A stretch of 64,000 nucleotides of DNA from Thermodesulfobacteriota bacterium. Its GTDB lineage: Bacteria; Desulfobacterota_D; UBA1144; Nemesobacterales; Mycalebacteriaceae. Both the position numbers and the translations under genes were made by a program. Location: contig OZ245366.1 of NCBI GenBank assembly GCA_965226585.1, forward strand, positions 64,001-128,000. Direction: 5' to 3'. Of this stretch, positions 8,987 to 18,953 are shown one piece after another (position 1 is the first letter of the stretch; the number at the start of each line of letters is the position of its first letter). Under the pieces are notes generated by a model, which worked only from the letters and a program-made list of their open reading frames with translations, did no database searches and had not been told where the DNA came from.

Positions 8987-10527
8987 AAAAAACAGCTGTA
9001 ATTGCGGTCTCAAAAGACGGAATAAAAATAGCTCGCGAAATCGCTGGGGAAACACACGCGGACATAGTTTCCACAAAAAAAGGAGACGGAATAAAAACCG
9101 TCAAATCCGTTTCCGCTTTCACGGCTGAAAACTTCGGCAAATACGGGGGTTTTATATTTATCGGCGCGCTTGGAATATGCGTCCGCTGTATCGCGCCGTG
9201 CATAAAAAACAAAAAAACCGATCCGGCGGTCGTCAACATTTCCGAAAACCGCCTTTACGCGCAGTCGGTTCTGTCGGGGCATGAGGGCGGAGCAAACGAA
9301 CTCGCGAAAAAAATCGGGAAAATTATCGGCGCGCGTCCGGTTATCACAACAGCGTCCGGAATCCGCCCGCTGTGCGTGGGGCTTGGAAGCCGCAGGGGGA
9401 TAGACCCGGCGGAGTTTGTCAAATCTTTTGAGAAGGAGATGGCAAAACGCGGATTTTCGCCTTTTGACATAAGCGCGGTGGCAAGCGCGAAAATAAAAAA
9501 AGATGAAGAGGCTTTTTCCGTTCTTGCCGGAAAACTGGGTGTTCCCTTCAAGGTTTTTGATGAGAGGGAACTGGCGAAAAAAACAAAACCCAACCCGTCC
9601 GCCATTGTGAAAAGAAAAACCGGAACAGACGGCGTTTGCGAGCCCGCCGCTCTTCTGCTTGCCGGAGCGCGGAAACTCGCGCTTGAAAAAACAAAAATAA
9701 CCCTGCCTTCCGGAAAGCAGTACACCTTTGCGGTCGCGGTCGCGGAAAATTACGGCGCGGGCGGGCTTGTTGCCATTGTGGGGGCGGGACCCGGAGACCC
9801 GCGTCTGATAACGGTTGAGGGGCGAGACCTTTTAAGGCGGGCGGATTTAATTCTCTATGCCGGCAGTCTTGTTCCCGAAAATCTGACACTTGAGGCAAAA
9901 GCGGAAGCGGAGATTAAAAACTCCGCCGTGATGACGCTTGAAGAGCAGATGAAAATAATGGAGCGTTTTTACAAAAAAGGCGCGCTGATTGTGCGGCTTC
10001 ATTCGGGCGACCCCGCAATTTACGGGGCAACCGCCGAGCAGATGAAAATAATGGACTCAAAAAAAATGGATTTTGTTGTGGTGCCGGGTGTTTCGTCTTT
10101 TCAGGCGGCGGCGGCGCGGCTGGGGGCGGAACTCACCGCGCCGGAAATAACGCAGACGATAATCCTCACGCGGGGCGAGGGAAAAACCCCGATGCCGGAA
10201 ACGGAAAAACTTGCCGGTATGGCGGCGCACCGTTCCACGATGTGTATTTTTCTGAGCGCGAAAACCGCGCGCAAGGTTCAGGCGGCGCTTCTTGAGAGTT
10301 ACAAACCGGAAACCCCCGTGGCGGTTCTGCACCGCGTAACGTGGGAGGATGAAAGAATATGGCGCGGCGAGTTAAAGAACCTCGCAGACATTGTGAGAGA
10401 CAACAAACTGACGCGCACGGTTTTAATTGTGGTTGGAGACGCGCTGAAAAACGGCGGAACGCGCTCGCGCCTCTACCACCCCGGATGGAAACACCTGTTT
10501 CGCGCCGGAGGGAAAAAGAAAAAGTGA
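8983..10527 (+). CDS. cbiGF: CbiG-CbiF fusion (cobalt-precorrin-5A hydrolase + precorrin-4 C11-methyltransferase)
   Basis: N-half: GICVRCIAP...DPAVV...LSGHEGGAN...VITTAS, GVCEPAAL. C-half: VGAGPGDP, LYAGSLV, RLHSGDP, PGVSSF, QTIILTR. Confidence 0.93.
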   Translation: MKKTAVIAVSKDGIKIAREIAGETHADIVSTKKGDGIKTVKSVSAFTAENFGKYGGFIFIGALGICVRCIAPCIKNKKTDPAVVNISENRLYAQSVLSGHEGGANELAKKIGKIIGARPVITTASGIRPLCVGLGSRRGIDPAEFVKSFEKEMAKRGFSPFDISAVASAKIKKDEEAFSVLAGKLGVPFKVFDERELAKKTKPNPSAIVKRKTGTDGVCEPAALLLAGARKLALEKTKITLPSGKQYTFAVAVAENYGAGGLVAIVGAGPGDPRLITVEGRDLLRRADLILYAGSLVPENLTLEAKAEAEIKNSAVMTLEEQMKIMERFYKKGALIVRLHSGDPAIYGATAEQMKIMDSKKMDFVVVPGVSSFQAAAARLGAELTAPEITQTIILTRGEGKTPMPETEKLAGMAAHRSTMCIFLSAKTARKVQAALLESYKPETPVAVLHRVTWEDERIWRGELKNLADIVRDNKLTRTVLIVVGDALKNGGTRSRLYHPGWKHLFRAGGKKKK

Positions 10528-11318
10528 AAAACGGAGAAAAGAAAATCCCGCCCCGCGTTCTTGTATTCGGCGGCACAACCGAGGGGAAAAAAGCGGCGGC
10601 GGCTCTTGATGCCGGAAAAACGCGCTATTTCTACTCCACAAAAACACGCACGGATTTTAAGCCGTCTGTTTTCTGCGAATACGTATGGGGAGAAATGGAC
10701 GGGAACACCCTGCCGGAGTTTGTGAAGAAAGAAAAAATAAAACTGATTGTGAACGCCGCGCATCCTTTTGCCCGCCACCTTCACGAAACGGTTTCGCTTG
10801 TGTCTGAAAAAATGAAAATACCCGTAATCCGCTACGGCAGAAAATATCCCGAAAGAGTGTCTCACCCTTCCGTTGTTTATTGCGACAACTACTCCGGGGC
10901 GGTAAACGAACTGAAAAACACAAAAGGCGCGATGATTATTTTAAGCGGTGTGCAGACTCTTGCCGCGCTTAAACCCCTGTGGGAAAACAGAGATGACTGC
11001 TACGCCAGAATTCTGCCAAGAAAAACCTCCGTTTCTCTGGCGGTAAAACAGGGCTTTCCCGAAAAGCGGCTCATAACCGCCATGCCTTCACGGGACGCGG
11101 AAAAGGAAAAACAGTTTTTTAAAAAACTGAACATTAAATCAGTCATCACAAAAGAAAGCGGAGACACGGGCGGACAGGACGCGAAAATAAAAGCGGCGAT
11201 TGAAACCGGAGCGAAAACGGCAATTATTAAAAAACCCCGCAGTCCGTTTTTTACGGCAACGGTTTTTTCTCCCGAAACACTTACTGAAAAAATAAGGGAA
11301 ATGCGCGATGTGTCTTGA
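10524..11318 (+). CDS. cbiJ: Precorrin-6A/cobalt-precorrin-6A reductase (start re-called at GTG 10524)
   Basis: LVFGGTTEG, NAAHPFA and ITKESGDTGG...KI motifs; GTGA overlap with the cbiGF stop. Confidence 0.9.
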   Translation: MKNGEKKIPPRVLVFGGTTEGKKAAAALDAGKTRYFYSTKTRTDFKPSVFCEYVWGEMDGNTLPEFVKKEKIKLIVNAAHPFARHLHETVSLVSEKMKIPVIRYGRKYPERVSHPSVVYCDNYSGAVNELKNTKGAMIILSGVQTLAALKPLWENRDDCYARILPRKTSVSLAVKQGFPEKRLITAMPSRDAEKEKQFFKKLNIKSVITKESGDTGGQDAKIKAAIETGAKTAIIKKPRSPFFTATVFSPETLTEKIREMRDVS

Positions 11319-12420
11319 AACTCCTCCCTCCGACACAAAAAAAATGAAAACCGGACTCACCACCGGCGCCTGCGCGGCGGCTTGCTCAAAAGCGGCGGTT
11401 TTGTGCCTTCTGGAAGGAAAGAAAATAAAAAATGTTGAAATAAATCTGCCGGGCGGAAAAACAGCGAGTTTCAAGATAGAAAATTGCGAAAGCGCGGGAA
11501 ACAGCGCGACCGCAACAACGGTGAAAAACGCGGGAGACGATCCGGACGTTACGCACGGGGCGGTTATAGGGTGCTCGGTTTCTCTGAACAACACGGGTGA
11601 AATAAGGTTCGCGCGCGGAAAAGGGGTCGGAAAGGTAACCCTTCCGGGACTGGGAATAGAGATAGGAGAACCGGCGATAAACACGGTTCCGAGAAAGATG
11701 ATGAGCCGTATCGTGAAGGGCCTGCTGAAAGAAAACGGGCGCGGCGGCGAAGGGGCGGAAATAAAGGTGTTTGTTCCCGAAGGCGCGAAACTGGCGAAAA
11801 AAACCCTGAATTCGCGGCTCGGCATTGAGGGCGGCATATCCATTATAGGAACAACGGGAATCGTAAGGCCGTTTTCCGCCGCCTCATACGTCGCAAGCAT
11901 AGTGCAGGCGGTGAAAATATGCTCTGAAAACGGATGCGGAAAGGTTGTCGCGTCATCCGGGGGAAGGAGCGAAAAGTATCTCAAAAAACAGTTTCCCGGC
12001 CTGCCGGACTACGCTTTTATACAATACGGCAACTGGATTGGCAGGCTTCTGGACGCGGCGGAAAGAGAAGGAATTCAAGACCTGACCCTTGCGACAATGC
12101 TCGGCAAAGCGGTTAAACTTGCGGGCGGCGATATGGACACGCACAGCGGAAAAACCCTTTGGGACAAGGAAGTTGCGGCACAAGCGGCGGAGAGATGCGG
12201 GGCGCGGGAAGCGGCGGACAAGATTAGAAATCTGAACATCGCGCGGCGGCTTACTGAGATTTTTCCGCTTTCCGGCGGAGAGCCGTTCTATGTTGAACTG
12301 CTTAAACAGTGCCGAAAACACTGCGCGCAGAGATTCAGCGGCGTTCTCAGACTCGCCCTTGTTGGAACTGACGGGCAAATAGTGTGGTATCCTGAAACGG
12401 AAGATGCGGACAATGGCTGA
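11308..12420 (+). CDS. cbiD: Cobalt-precorrin-5B C1-methyltransferase
   Basis: [63 protein letters not shown]. Confidence 0.95.
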   Translation: MCLETPPSDTKKMKTGLTTGACAAACSKAAVLCLLEGKKIKNVEINLPGGKTASFKIENCESAGNSATATTVKNAGDDPDVTHGAVIGCSVSLNNTGEIRFARGKGVGKVTLPGLGIEIGEPAINTVPRKMMSRIVKGLLKENGRGGEGAEIKVFVPEGAKLAKKTLNSRLGIEGGISIIGTTGIVRPFSAASYVASIVQAVKICSENGCGKVVASSGGRSEKYLKKQFPGLPDYAFIQYGNWIGRLLDAAEREGIQDLTLATMLGKAVKLAGGDMDTHSGKTLWDKEVAAQAAERCGAREAADKIRNLNIARRLTEIFPLSGGEPFYVELLKQCRKHCAQRFSGVLRLALVGTDGQIVWYPETEDADNG

Positions 12421-14149
12421 AAAAAGCGTGAAAATCTTTCCATTTACGGCGATAACAGGGCAAGACGACTTGAAACTCGCCCTTGCGCTTTGCGCGATTG
12501 ACCCGCAAACAGGCGGGGTTCTCGCTCGCGGGGAAAAGGGAACGGGAAAAACAACTGCGGTGCGCTCGCTGGGAGATATGCTTTCAGGCGGCGGACGGGG
12601 GTTTCCCGTTATAAACCTGCCCATCGGCGCGACTGAAGACAGGGTTCTCGGCGCGATTGACCTTGAAAAACTGATTAACGAAAAGCGAGAATCGGCTCGC
12701 GCGGGGCTTCTTGAACAGGCAAACGGCGGAATCCTCTACATAGACGAAGTGAACCTGCTTGACGACTATTTGACCGACATACTTCTTGACGCGGCGGCAA
12801 CCGGCGAATATATGCTGGAAAGGGACGGAATTTCACGAAATGTGAAAACGCGCTTCCGCCTTGTCGGAACAATGAATCTGGAGGAGGGAGACCTCAGACC
12901 CCAGCTTTTGGACAGATTCGGCTTATGCGTTGACGTGAAAGCCCCCGCAAGCGCGGAAGCGCGGAGGGAAATAGCGCAAAATAGAATGGGTTTTGATTCA
13001 AATCCCGAAAAGTTTTCCTCTGATTTTGAGGAAAAACAGGAAAAAATGCGGGAGCGCATAGAAAAAGCGGCGGAAAATCTTGAATCCGTTAAGGTGACTG
13101 AAGAAATTTTTGAAAAAGCGTCCGCGCTCGCGATTGAAAGCGGAGCGGAGGGAATGAGGGCGGATATTCTGATTGTTAAATCCGCGCGCGCGTTTGCCGC
13201 GTTTGAAGGCAGAGACAAAACCGCCGCGGGCGATGTTGAGAAGGTTGCGCCTTTTGTTTTAAGACACAGAAGCCCGGCGGACACACCTGCTGACAAAACG
13301 GAAAAAAAAAACTCCCGAAATCCCGACCTTGAAAACGGCGACCTGAAAAACGTACCCCCGAAGCATGAAAAAGACGAATTTCAGGTAATTGCCGACTCCG
13401 GATGGTTTTACAGAGCGGAAAAACCCTTCTCGCCTGAGGGGGATTACAGAGGAATTGAAATTGACACGGAGCCGCCGCCCGAAAGACGCGGGCGTTTTGT
13501 GAGCGCGGAACCCGCCGCCCGGGCGCGGGACAAAACAAAAAATGGAAAACAAAAAACCGATATTTACGAAACCGCGCGGCAGTGGGTTGCTCGCGGAGAG
13601 TTCAAAATTCACCGCAGAGCCGGGCGCGGGCGCGGAAATATATCCGTTGTTTTTCTCGTTGATTCCAGCGGCTCAATGGCGGCGGGAAAACAAATAGCGC
13701 ACGCGAAAAAAATCATCGGAGAAACGGTTCGGGAAAACAGGGGGAAGAAGGTGGAGTTCTCCGGAGTGGCTCTTGTGAATGACGGCGCGCGCGTTTTTTC
13801 ATCTTCGGGGACGGATTCGGGAAAACTGATTGAAAATCTCAAAAACCTGAAAACCGGCGGAAGAACCAACATGAGCGCGGGCATCGCGCTTGTCGGACAA
13901 ATTTTGAAAAAAACCGCGAAAAGAAAAACATCATCCGCCGTTCACATATTTACGGACGGCAGAATAAACTTTTGCGAAAACGGCGGAGACCCTTTTGAAG
14001 AAAGCGTGAAAAGATTTGGAGCTGTTATAGACAAATCGGTAAAAACAACCGTTGTTGACACGGAATCGGGTTTTGTGAAAATAGGGGCGGCAAAAAGGTT
14101 TGCCGATAAAACCGGAGCGTCTTATGCGCGGGCGGACATGGGAAAATAA
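12413..14149 (+). CDS. ChlI/ChlD-like chelatase subunit (AAA+ plus VWA), probable CobS/T substitute
   Basis: FPFTAITGQ, Walker [18 protein letters not shown], Walker [24 protein letters not shown]-terminal VWA with MIDAS DSSGSM and TDG. Confidence 0.9.
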   Translation: MAEKSVKIFPFTAITGQDDLKLALALCAIDPQTGGVLARGEKGTGKTTAVRSLGDMLSGGGRGFPVINLPIGATEDRVLGAIDLEKLINEKRESARAGLLEQANGGILYIDEVNLLDDYLTDILLDAAATGEYMLERDGISRNVKTRFRLVGTMNLEEGDLRPQLLDRFGLCVDVKAPASAEARREIAQNRMGFDSNPEKFSSDFEEKQEKMRERIEKAAENLESVKVTEEIFEKASALAIESGAEGMRADILIVKSARAFAAFEGRDKTAAGDVEKVAPFVLRHRSPADTPADKTEKKNSRNPDLENGDLKNVPPKHEKDEFQVIADSGWFYRAEKPFSPEGDYRGIEIDTEPPPERRGRFVSAEPAARARDKTKNGKQKTDIYETARQWVARGEFKIHRRAGRGRGNISVVFLVDSSGSMAAGKQIAHAKKIIGETVRENRGKKVEFSGVALVNDGARVFSSSGTDSGKLIENLKNLKTGGRTNMSAGIALVGQILKKTAKRKTSSAVHIFTDGRINFCENGGDPFEESVKRFGAVIDKSVKTTVVDTESGFVKIGAAKRFADKTGASYARADMGK

Positions 14150-14165
14150 ACGGGAGGGAAATACA

Positions 14166-14738
14166 TTGAAGATTTACACAAAAAAAGGCGACACGGGAAA
14201 AACCGCGCTTTTCGGCGGAAGGCGTGTTGAGAAAGACGACACGCGAGTTGAATGTTACGGAACGCTTGACGAGGCAAACTCAACCATCGGGCTTTTGCGC
14301 TCAAAACTCGGCGAAAAACACGAGTGGCAGAGCAATCTGCACAAAATACAAAAAGACATGATGGATATGATGTCGCACCTTGCGCGTCCGTCTGATTCGC
14401 ACAAGGAAAATAAAAACCCAATGCCGGAAGACGGCGCGGTTTTCTGTGAAAACTGGATAGACGAAATTGAGGAGAATATGTCGTCTCCTTCGGACTATTT
14501 TCTGCTTCCGGGCGGAAGCGAAATATCCGCGCTGTGCCATGTTGTTAGGACGCAAATCAGAAGAGGAGAGCGCAAACTTGCCGCGCTTATGAGAGAGGAT
14601 GAAGTTCACCCCGCCATACCTTCATACATAAACCGCCTTTCGGATCTGTTTTTCACCCTCGCGAGAGCGGAGATGGACTCCGCCGGAGTTGCCGAAGAAA
14701 AATGGCAGTTATTTCTTTACAAAAAGAAAAAGAAATAA
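14166..14738 (+). CDS. PduO-type ATP:cob(I)alamin adenosyltransferase (start re-called at TTG 14166)
   Basis: KIYTKKGDTG, YGTLDEANS, FLLPGG, RRGER and YINRLSDLFF motifs; GGGAGG RBS upstream. Confidence 0.92.
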   Translation: MKIYTKKGDTGKTALFGGRRVEKDDTRVECYGTLDEANSTIGLLRSKLGEKHEWQSNLHKIQKDMMDMMSHLARPSDSHKENKNPMPEDGAVFCENWIDEIEENMSSPSDYFLLPGGSEISALCHVVRTQIRRGERKLAALMREDEVHPAIPSYINRLSDLFFTLARAEMDSAGVAEEKWQLFLYKKKKK

Positions 14739-14741
14739 AAA

Positions 14742-16970
14742 TCAAAGCGGTTTGAGATAAGACGCGAGAAGCCTTTTCTTTCCGGCTGAGCGGAAAACCA
14801 CCGTTACCGTCGCTTTAGGTCCGCTTCCCTCAACCTTCACAACCTGCCCGCGTCCGAATTTTTTGTGCAAAACAAAAATGCCCGCGCAAATAGAAACGCT
14901 CTGCTGAGAAACACTGCTTTCGGTTGAATCCCCGTCAGGAAGCGCGAAAACCGCCCTTTTCATCCCGGAGACGCGAACTTCTTCGTGTTCAAAAACAGGA
15001 ATGGACACAAAATGTTCGTCTGCCTTCAAATGTTTGGGAATTTCACCAAAAAATGGAGAGGGAGACGCGGCTTCAGTTATCCCGTGTAAATTTCTCTTAA
15101 CCGGATAACAAAGGAAGAGCCGCTTCATCGCCCGTGTCATTCCGACATAAAAAAGCCGTCTTTCCTCCTCAATATCATCAGTGCGGGAAAGAGGAATAAG
15201 ATTCTGGTTCACCCCTGCTATGAAAACGACCGGAAACTCAAGACCTTTGGAAGCGTGAAGGGTCATAAGTTTCACTTTTTTCCCGTCTGTTTTCGCGTCT
15301 GTGTCGCTTGCGAGCGCGATACCCTCAACAAACCCCTGAAAACCGTCGATATTTTCGGGATTGTTGTCATATTCCTGCGCGGAGTTCAAAAAGCCGTCCA
15401 TGTTTTCCAATTTGTCTTCATCGTTTTTGAGAAAATCCTTGTAGCCGCTTTTTTCTATAATGTGACCGAGTACGTCAAAAACCCCCCTGTCCAGAGAAAA
15501 TTCTGACAATTCGTCCATCATAATCACAAACTTCTCAACCGCATCAGCCGCTCTTTTTTTCAAAAAGCCCCCTTTTGCGGCTCTGCGCGCGGCTTCCATA
15601 ATTGACACGTCATTTGCCGAAGCGTAACGGGAAATCTCTTCAACGGTTGCTGTTCCTATACCCCTCGGCGGAGTGTTGATTATTCTCGCCGCAGCCATAT
15701 TGTCTGAGGGATTTACGATAAGACGCAGATAGGAAACCAGATCCTTAATTTCCGCGCGCGCGTAAAAACTTAACGCGCCGACAAGTTCACAGGAAATACC
15801 CGACTCTTTGGAAAATCTTTCCTCAAGAAGACGAGACTTGGCGTTTGTGCGATAGAGAACAGCAAAGTCTTCGGGCTTAAAGTCTCCGGAATCAACAAGT
15901 GATTTTATTTTTGAAACAACAAAATCCGCCTCGTCAAATTCGTTGCGCGCCTCATACACGCCCAGCGGTTCGCCCTTTTCCCCATCCGTCCACATATTTT
16001 TTTTAACCCCGAACTGGTTTTCGCTGATAAGGGCGTTTGACGCTTCAAGTATCGTTGAGGTTGAACGATAGTTTTTATCAAGTTTAATTTCCTTCGCCCC
16101 CGGAAAATTATTTGAAAACTCGAGTATGTTTTTCACTTCCGCCCCGCGCCATCCGTAAATAGACTGGCTGTCATCACCGACCGCGAAAACATCGGCATTG
16201 TTTTCTCCGAGCATTTTTACAAGTTGATACTGAATGCGGTTTGTATCCTGATATTCGTCAACAAGGATGTGGCTGAAACGTTTTCTATATTTTTCCAGAA
16301 TTTCACGGTTATTCCCGAAAAGACGCATGGCGAGCAGGAGCAAATCGTTAAAATCAAGCGCGTTGGAGTTTTTCAATGCAATATCGTAACTGTGCATTAA
16401 TTCAATTTTTGGCGCGATATTTCTTTCCCAACTCTCAAAAGAATCTCTGGACGGCGGATAATCGCCGCCCCTTTTAAATCTGTCTATTAACGACATCACA
16501 ATTTCCGGCGACACACTCGTCTCCTCCATCCCCATGTCGGCAATGCATGTTTTGAGTACTCTTTTCTGGTCGCTATTGTCGTAAATGACAAAGTTGCCTT
16601 TATATCCGAAACCAAGATTCTCGATTTCGCTCCGCAATATACGCGCGCAGATTGAATGAAAAGTTCCAAGCCATATCCCCGAAATCTTGTCGGGAACAAG
16701 CATCTCCACTCTTTCTCTCATCTCACGCGCCGCTTTGTTTGTGAAGGTTACGGCGAGGATTTCGGACGGGCAAACCCCTTTCTCTTTTATAAGAAATGCT
16801 ATGCGGCTTGTCAGAACACGGGTTTTCCCCGAACCCGCCCCGGCAAAAACAAGAAGATGCCCGCCCGTGTGACAAACCGCCTCAAACTGTTTGGGATTCA
16901 AATCGGGAGTGTCAACAGGGGATGATTCAAGTGTTACAACATCCGGTTTGAGGTTTTTATTTTTTTTCAT
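14742..16970 (-). CDS. pcrA: UvrD/PcrA superfamily-1 DNA helicase (start probably ATG 16970)
   Basis: AGAGSGKT, VTFTNKAA, VDEYQDTN, VGDDSQSIYGWRGA, NYRST, MTLHASKGLEF, EEERRLFYVGMTRA; C-terminal HKKFGRG Tudor-like domain. Confidence 0.93.
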   Translation of the reverse strand: MKKNKNLKPDVVTLESSPVDTPDLNPKQFEAVCHTGGHLLVFAGAGSGKTRVLTSRIAFLIKEKGVCPSEILAVTFTNKAAREMRERVEMLVPDKISGIWLGTFHSICARILRSEIENLGFGYKGNFVIYDNSDQKRVLKTCIADMGMEETSVSPEIVMSLIDRFKRGGDYPPSRDSFESWERNIAPKIELMHSYDIALKNSNALDFNDLLLLAMRLFGNNREILEKYRKRFSHILVDEYQDTNRIQYQLVKMLGENNADVFAVGDDSQSIYGWRGAEVKNILEFSNNFPGAKEIKLDKNYRSTSTILEASNALISENQFGVKKNMWTDGEKGEPLGVYEARNEFDEADFVVSKIKSLVDSGDFKPEDFAVLYRTNAKSRLLEERFSKESGISCELVGALSFYARAEIKDLVSYLRLIVNPSDNMAAARIINTPPRGIGTATVEEISRYASANDVSIMEAARRAAKGGFLKKRAADAVEKFVIMMDELSEFSLDRGVFDVLGHIIEKSGYKDFLKNDEDKLENMDGFLNSAQEYDNNPENIDGFQGFVEGIALASDTDAKTDGKKVKLMTLHASKGLEFPVVFIAGVNQNLIPLSRTDDIEEERRLFYVGMTRAMKRLFLCYPVKRNLHGITEAASPSPFFGEIPKHLKADEHFVSIPVFEHEEVRVSGMKRAVFALPDGDSTESSVSQQSVSICAGIFVLHKKFGRGQVVKVEGSGPKATVTVVFRSAGKKRLLASYLKPL

Positions 16971-16983
16971 CTGCCGAGAGATT

Positions 16984-17730
16984 TCAGTCCGTTTTTTTGC
17001 CGCCTTTCGTCTCGCCGTGCCCAAAGTGTATGCCGCACTCCTTGTCTGAGCCGGTTTCCCACCACCACCTGCCCGCCCTTGAGTCCTCTCCGGGCTTCAC
17101 GGCTCGCGTGCAGGGGGCGCAGCCGATTGACGGGTATCCCATGTCGTGAAGCCGGTTGTAGGGAACTCCGTTTGATTTCACATATTCGCACACACGGTTT
17201 TCAGTCCAGTCAACTATGGGGTTCACTTTCAAAATTCCGCCGTTAGCATGGTCTATCTCAAACTTTTTCGCGTCCGCCCGCTGAGCGGTCTGCTCTCTGC
17301 GGAGCGATGTTATCCACCCGTCAAGACCTTGCAAATACTTGCGGAGCGGGTTGACCTTTCTGACTTCACAGCAAAGAATACGGTTCTCAACGCCTTTGTA
17401 GAAAAGGTTTATCCCGCGCTCCGAAACCATCCGTTCAACCTCCGCCGTGTCGGGGAAAACCAACTCCACCTTCGCACCGTAACGTTCTCTGACCTTTTCA
17501 AGAACTTCGTATGTCTCGGCGTTCAGCCGCCCGGTGTCAAGCATGAAGATGCGCGCGTCCGGCTTGACCTTCATAAGAATATCTATGAGAACGGAGCCCT
17601 GTATCTGAAAACTGGTGGCAAGCGACACTTTCGGGTGAAGTTTTTCCATCGTCCACAACAGAACTTCTTCCGGGCTCGCGCCCTCAAAACGCCTGTTCAA
17701 CTCTTCGGTCTGTTCCTGTGTGAATTTCAT
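16984..17730 (-). CDS. cysH: Adenylyl-sulfate (APS/PAPS) reductase, 4Fe-4S type
   Basis: LDTG, CCEVRKV, YPSIGCAPCT, RAGRW and KECGIH; the CC and CxxC cluster ligands indicate an APS-reductase type. Confidence 0.93.
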   Translation of the reverse strand: MKFTQEQTEELNRRFEGASPEEVLLWTMEKLHPKVSLATSFQIQGSVLIDILMKVKPDARIFMLDTGRLNAETYEVLEKVRERYGAKVELVFPDTAEVERMVSERGINLFYKGVENRILCCEVRKVNPLRKYLQGLDGWITSLRREQTAQRADAKKFEIDHANGGILKVNPIVDWTENRVCEYVKSNGVPYNRLHDMGYPSIGCAPCTRAVKPGEDSRAGRWWWETGSDKECGIHFGHGETKGGKKTD

Positions 17731-17737
17731 GGAAACC

Positions 17738-18715
17738 CTATTTTATCACAAACATCATCGCAACCGCGTATCCGACTGCCACCGTAACGCACGGCACGGC
17801 AACCCAGAAGAAACCTATTCTCAAAACGTGGCGGTTTCTCGCGGTTTTGCCAAACCCGTGCTGGGCGCACGAAAAGCCCACAATACCGGCGGTTACAATC
17901 TCGGTTATTGAAACCGGAATGCCGTAGAGAGACGCCACAACGATTATCACCGCCGCAGTCGCCTCAACGGTTATCGCCCTTATAAGACATATCTCGGTTA
18001 TCTCCTTTCCAACGGTTTCAAGCACCCTGCCTCCCAGAATAATCGCGCCCGCCGCCATTGCCACACCCGCGAAAAGCGCGCCCGTTGAAGACTCAAAAAG
18101 CCCAAGCCCCACGATGGGACCCACGGCATTTGCCGAATTGTTCGCGCCCGCGGAAAACGCGAGAAAGGTTCCCGAAACCGTTACGCACCACTTGAGAACG
18201 CGGCTTACACCTTCCTCGGAAAAGTTGTCAACAAAGTAGTTGAGTATCCGGTAGTAGAGAAACTTTCCGACAAAAAACCCGACCGCCCACGACAGCACCG
18301 GAGCGGCTATCCACCAGCCGATTATCTGAATAAAACGCTCGTGATTGAGAGCGCCGTAGTAAAGCCCTATGCCCGCGATGGAGCAAACGATGGCGTGCGT
18401 TGTGGCAACCGGAACGCGCGAGATGTTTGCCACCGAGACAAACACAAGGGCGATGACAAGCACAAGAGCGGTCAGCAAAGCGTCTGAGGAGAAAACATCC
18501 TGCGGCACGATGCCTTTTCCCATTGTTTCAACCACCGGCGCGCCTGCAATAACCGCGCCCAGAATGGCGAAAACGGCTATAAGAACAACCGCCTGCCTCT
18601 TTGTTCTCGCGCCCGCGCCGTATGAGGTTGCCATCGCGGCGGCGGAGTTGTTCGCCCCCACGTTGATAGCGAGAAGACCCGACAGCACAACCGCGACTAT
18701 TAAAATCGTTTCCAT
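17738..18715 (-). CDS. PiT-family anion permease, probably CysP-like sulfate permease
   Basis: Two PiT repeats, VGANNSAAAM and FSAGANNSANAVGP; co-oriented directly upstream of cysH. Confidence 0.8.
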   Translation of the reverse strand: METILIVAVVLSGLLAINVGANNSAAAMATSYGAGARTKRQAVVLIAVFAILGAVIAGAPVVETMGKGIVPQDVFSSDALLTALVLVIALVFVSVANISRVPVATTHAIVCSIAGIGLYYGALNHERFIQIIGWWIAAPVLSWAVGFFVGKFLYYRILNYFVDNFSEEGVSRVLKWCVTVSGTFLAFSAGANNSANAVGPIVGLGLFESSTGALFAGVAMAAGAIILGGRVLETVGKEITEICLIRAITVEATAAVIIVVASLYGIPVSITEIVTAGIVGFSCAQHGFGKTARNRHVLRIGFFWVAVPCVTVAVGYAVAMMFVIK

Positions 18716-18736
18716 CTCAAAACCTCACCCATAGAC

Positions 18737-18779
18737 AACAAACAAAAACGCGCCCTCCCCCGTTTTGCGGGGAAACACG
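18737..18779 (-). terminator. Attenuator terminator-like hairpin in the permease leader
   Basis: Minus strand CGTGTTTCCCCG-CAAAA-CGGGGGAGGGCGCG followed by TTTTTGTTTGTT, about 20 nt before the permease start. Confidence 0.65.
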
Positions 18780-18842
18780 AATAAAAACGCCTGTTTTCCT
18801 CATCTTCCGCCCATTAGAGGACGGAGGAAAACCGCGTTCAAA

Positions 18843-18926
18843 TCACATACAGCAGGAACAGCGCGCGCAACCGCAGAAACGGGCGGCGCGAAAAGAAATA
18901 AAAAAACTGTAAAGCGCGTCTGACAT
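18843..18926 (-). CDS. Cys-rich leader peptide MSDALYSFFISFRAARFCGCARCSCCM (27 aa)
   Basis: Manual translation; 5 Cys in the last 10 sense codons; lies between a sigma70 promoter and the sulfate permease-cysH genes. Confidence 0.75.
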   Translation of the reverse strand: MSDALYSFFISFRAARFCGCARCSCCM

Positions 18927-18953
18927 TGCTAAATTGTCCGGCTCCGAGCGTTA

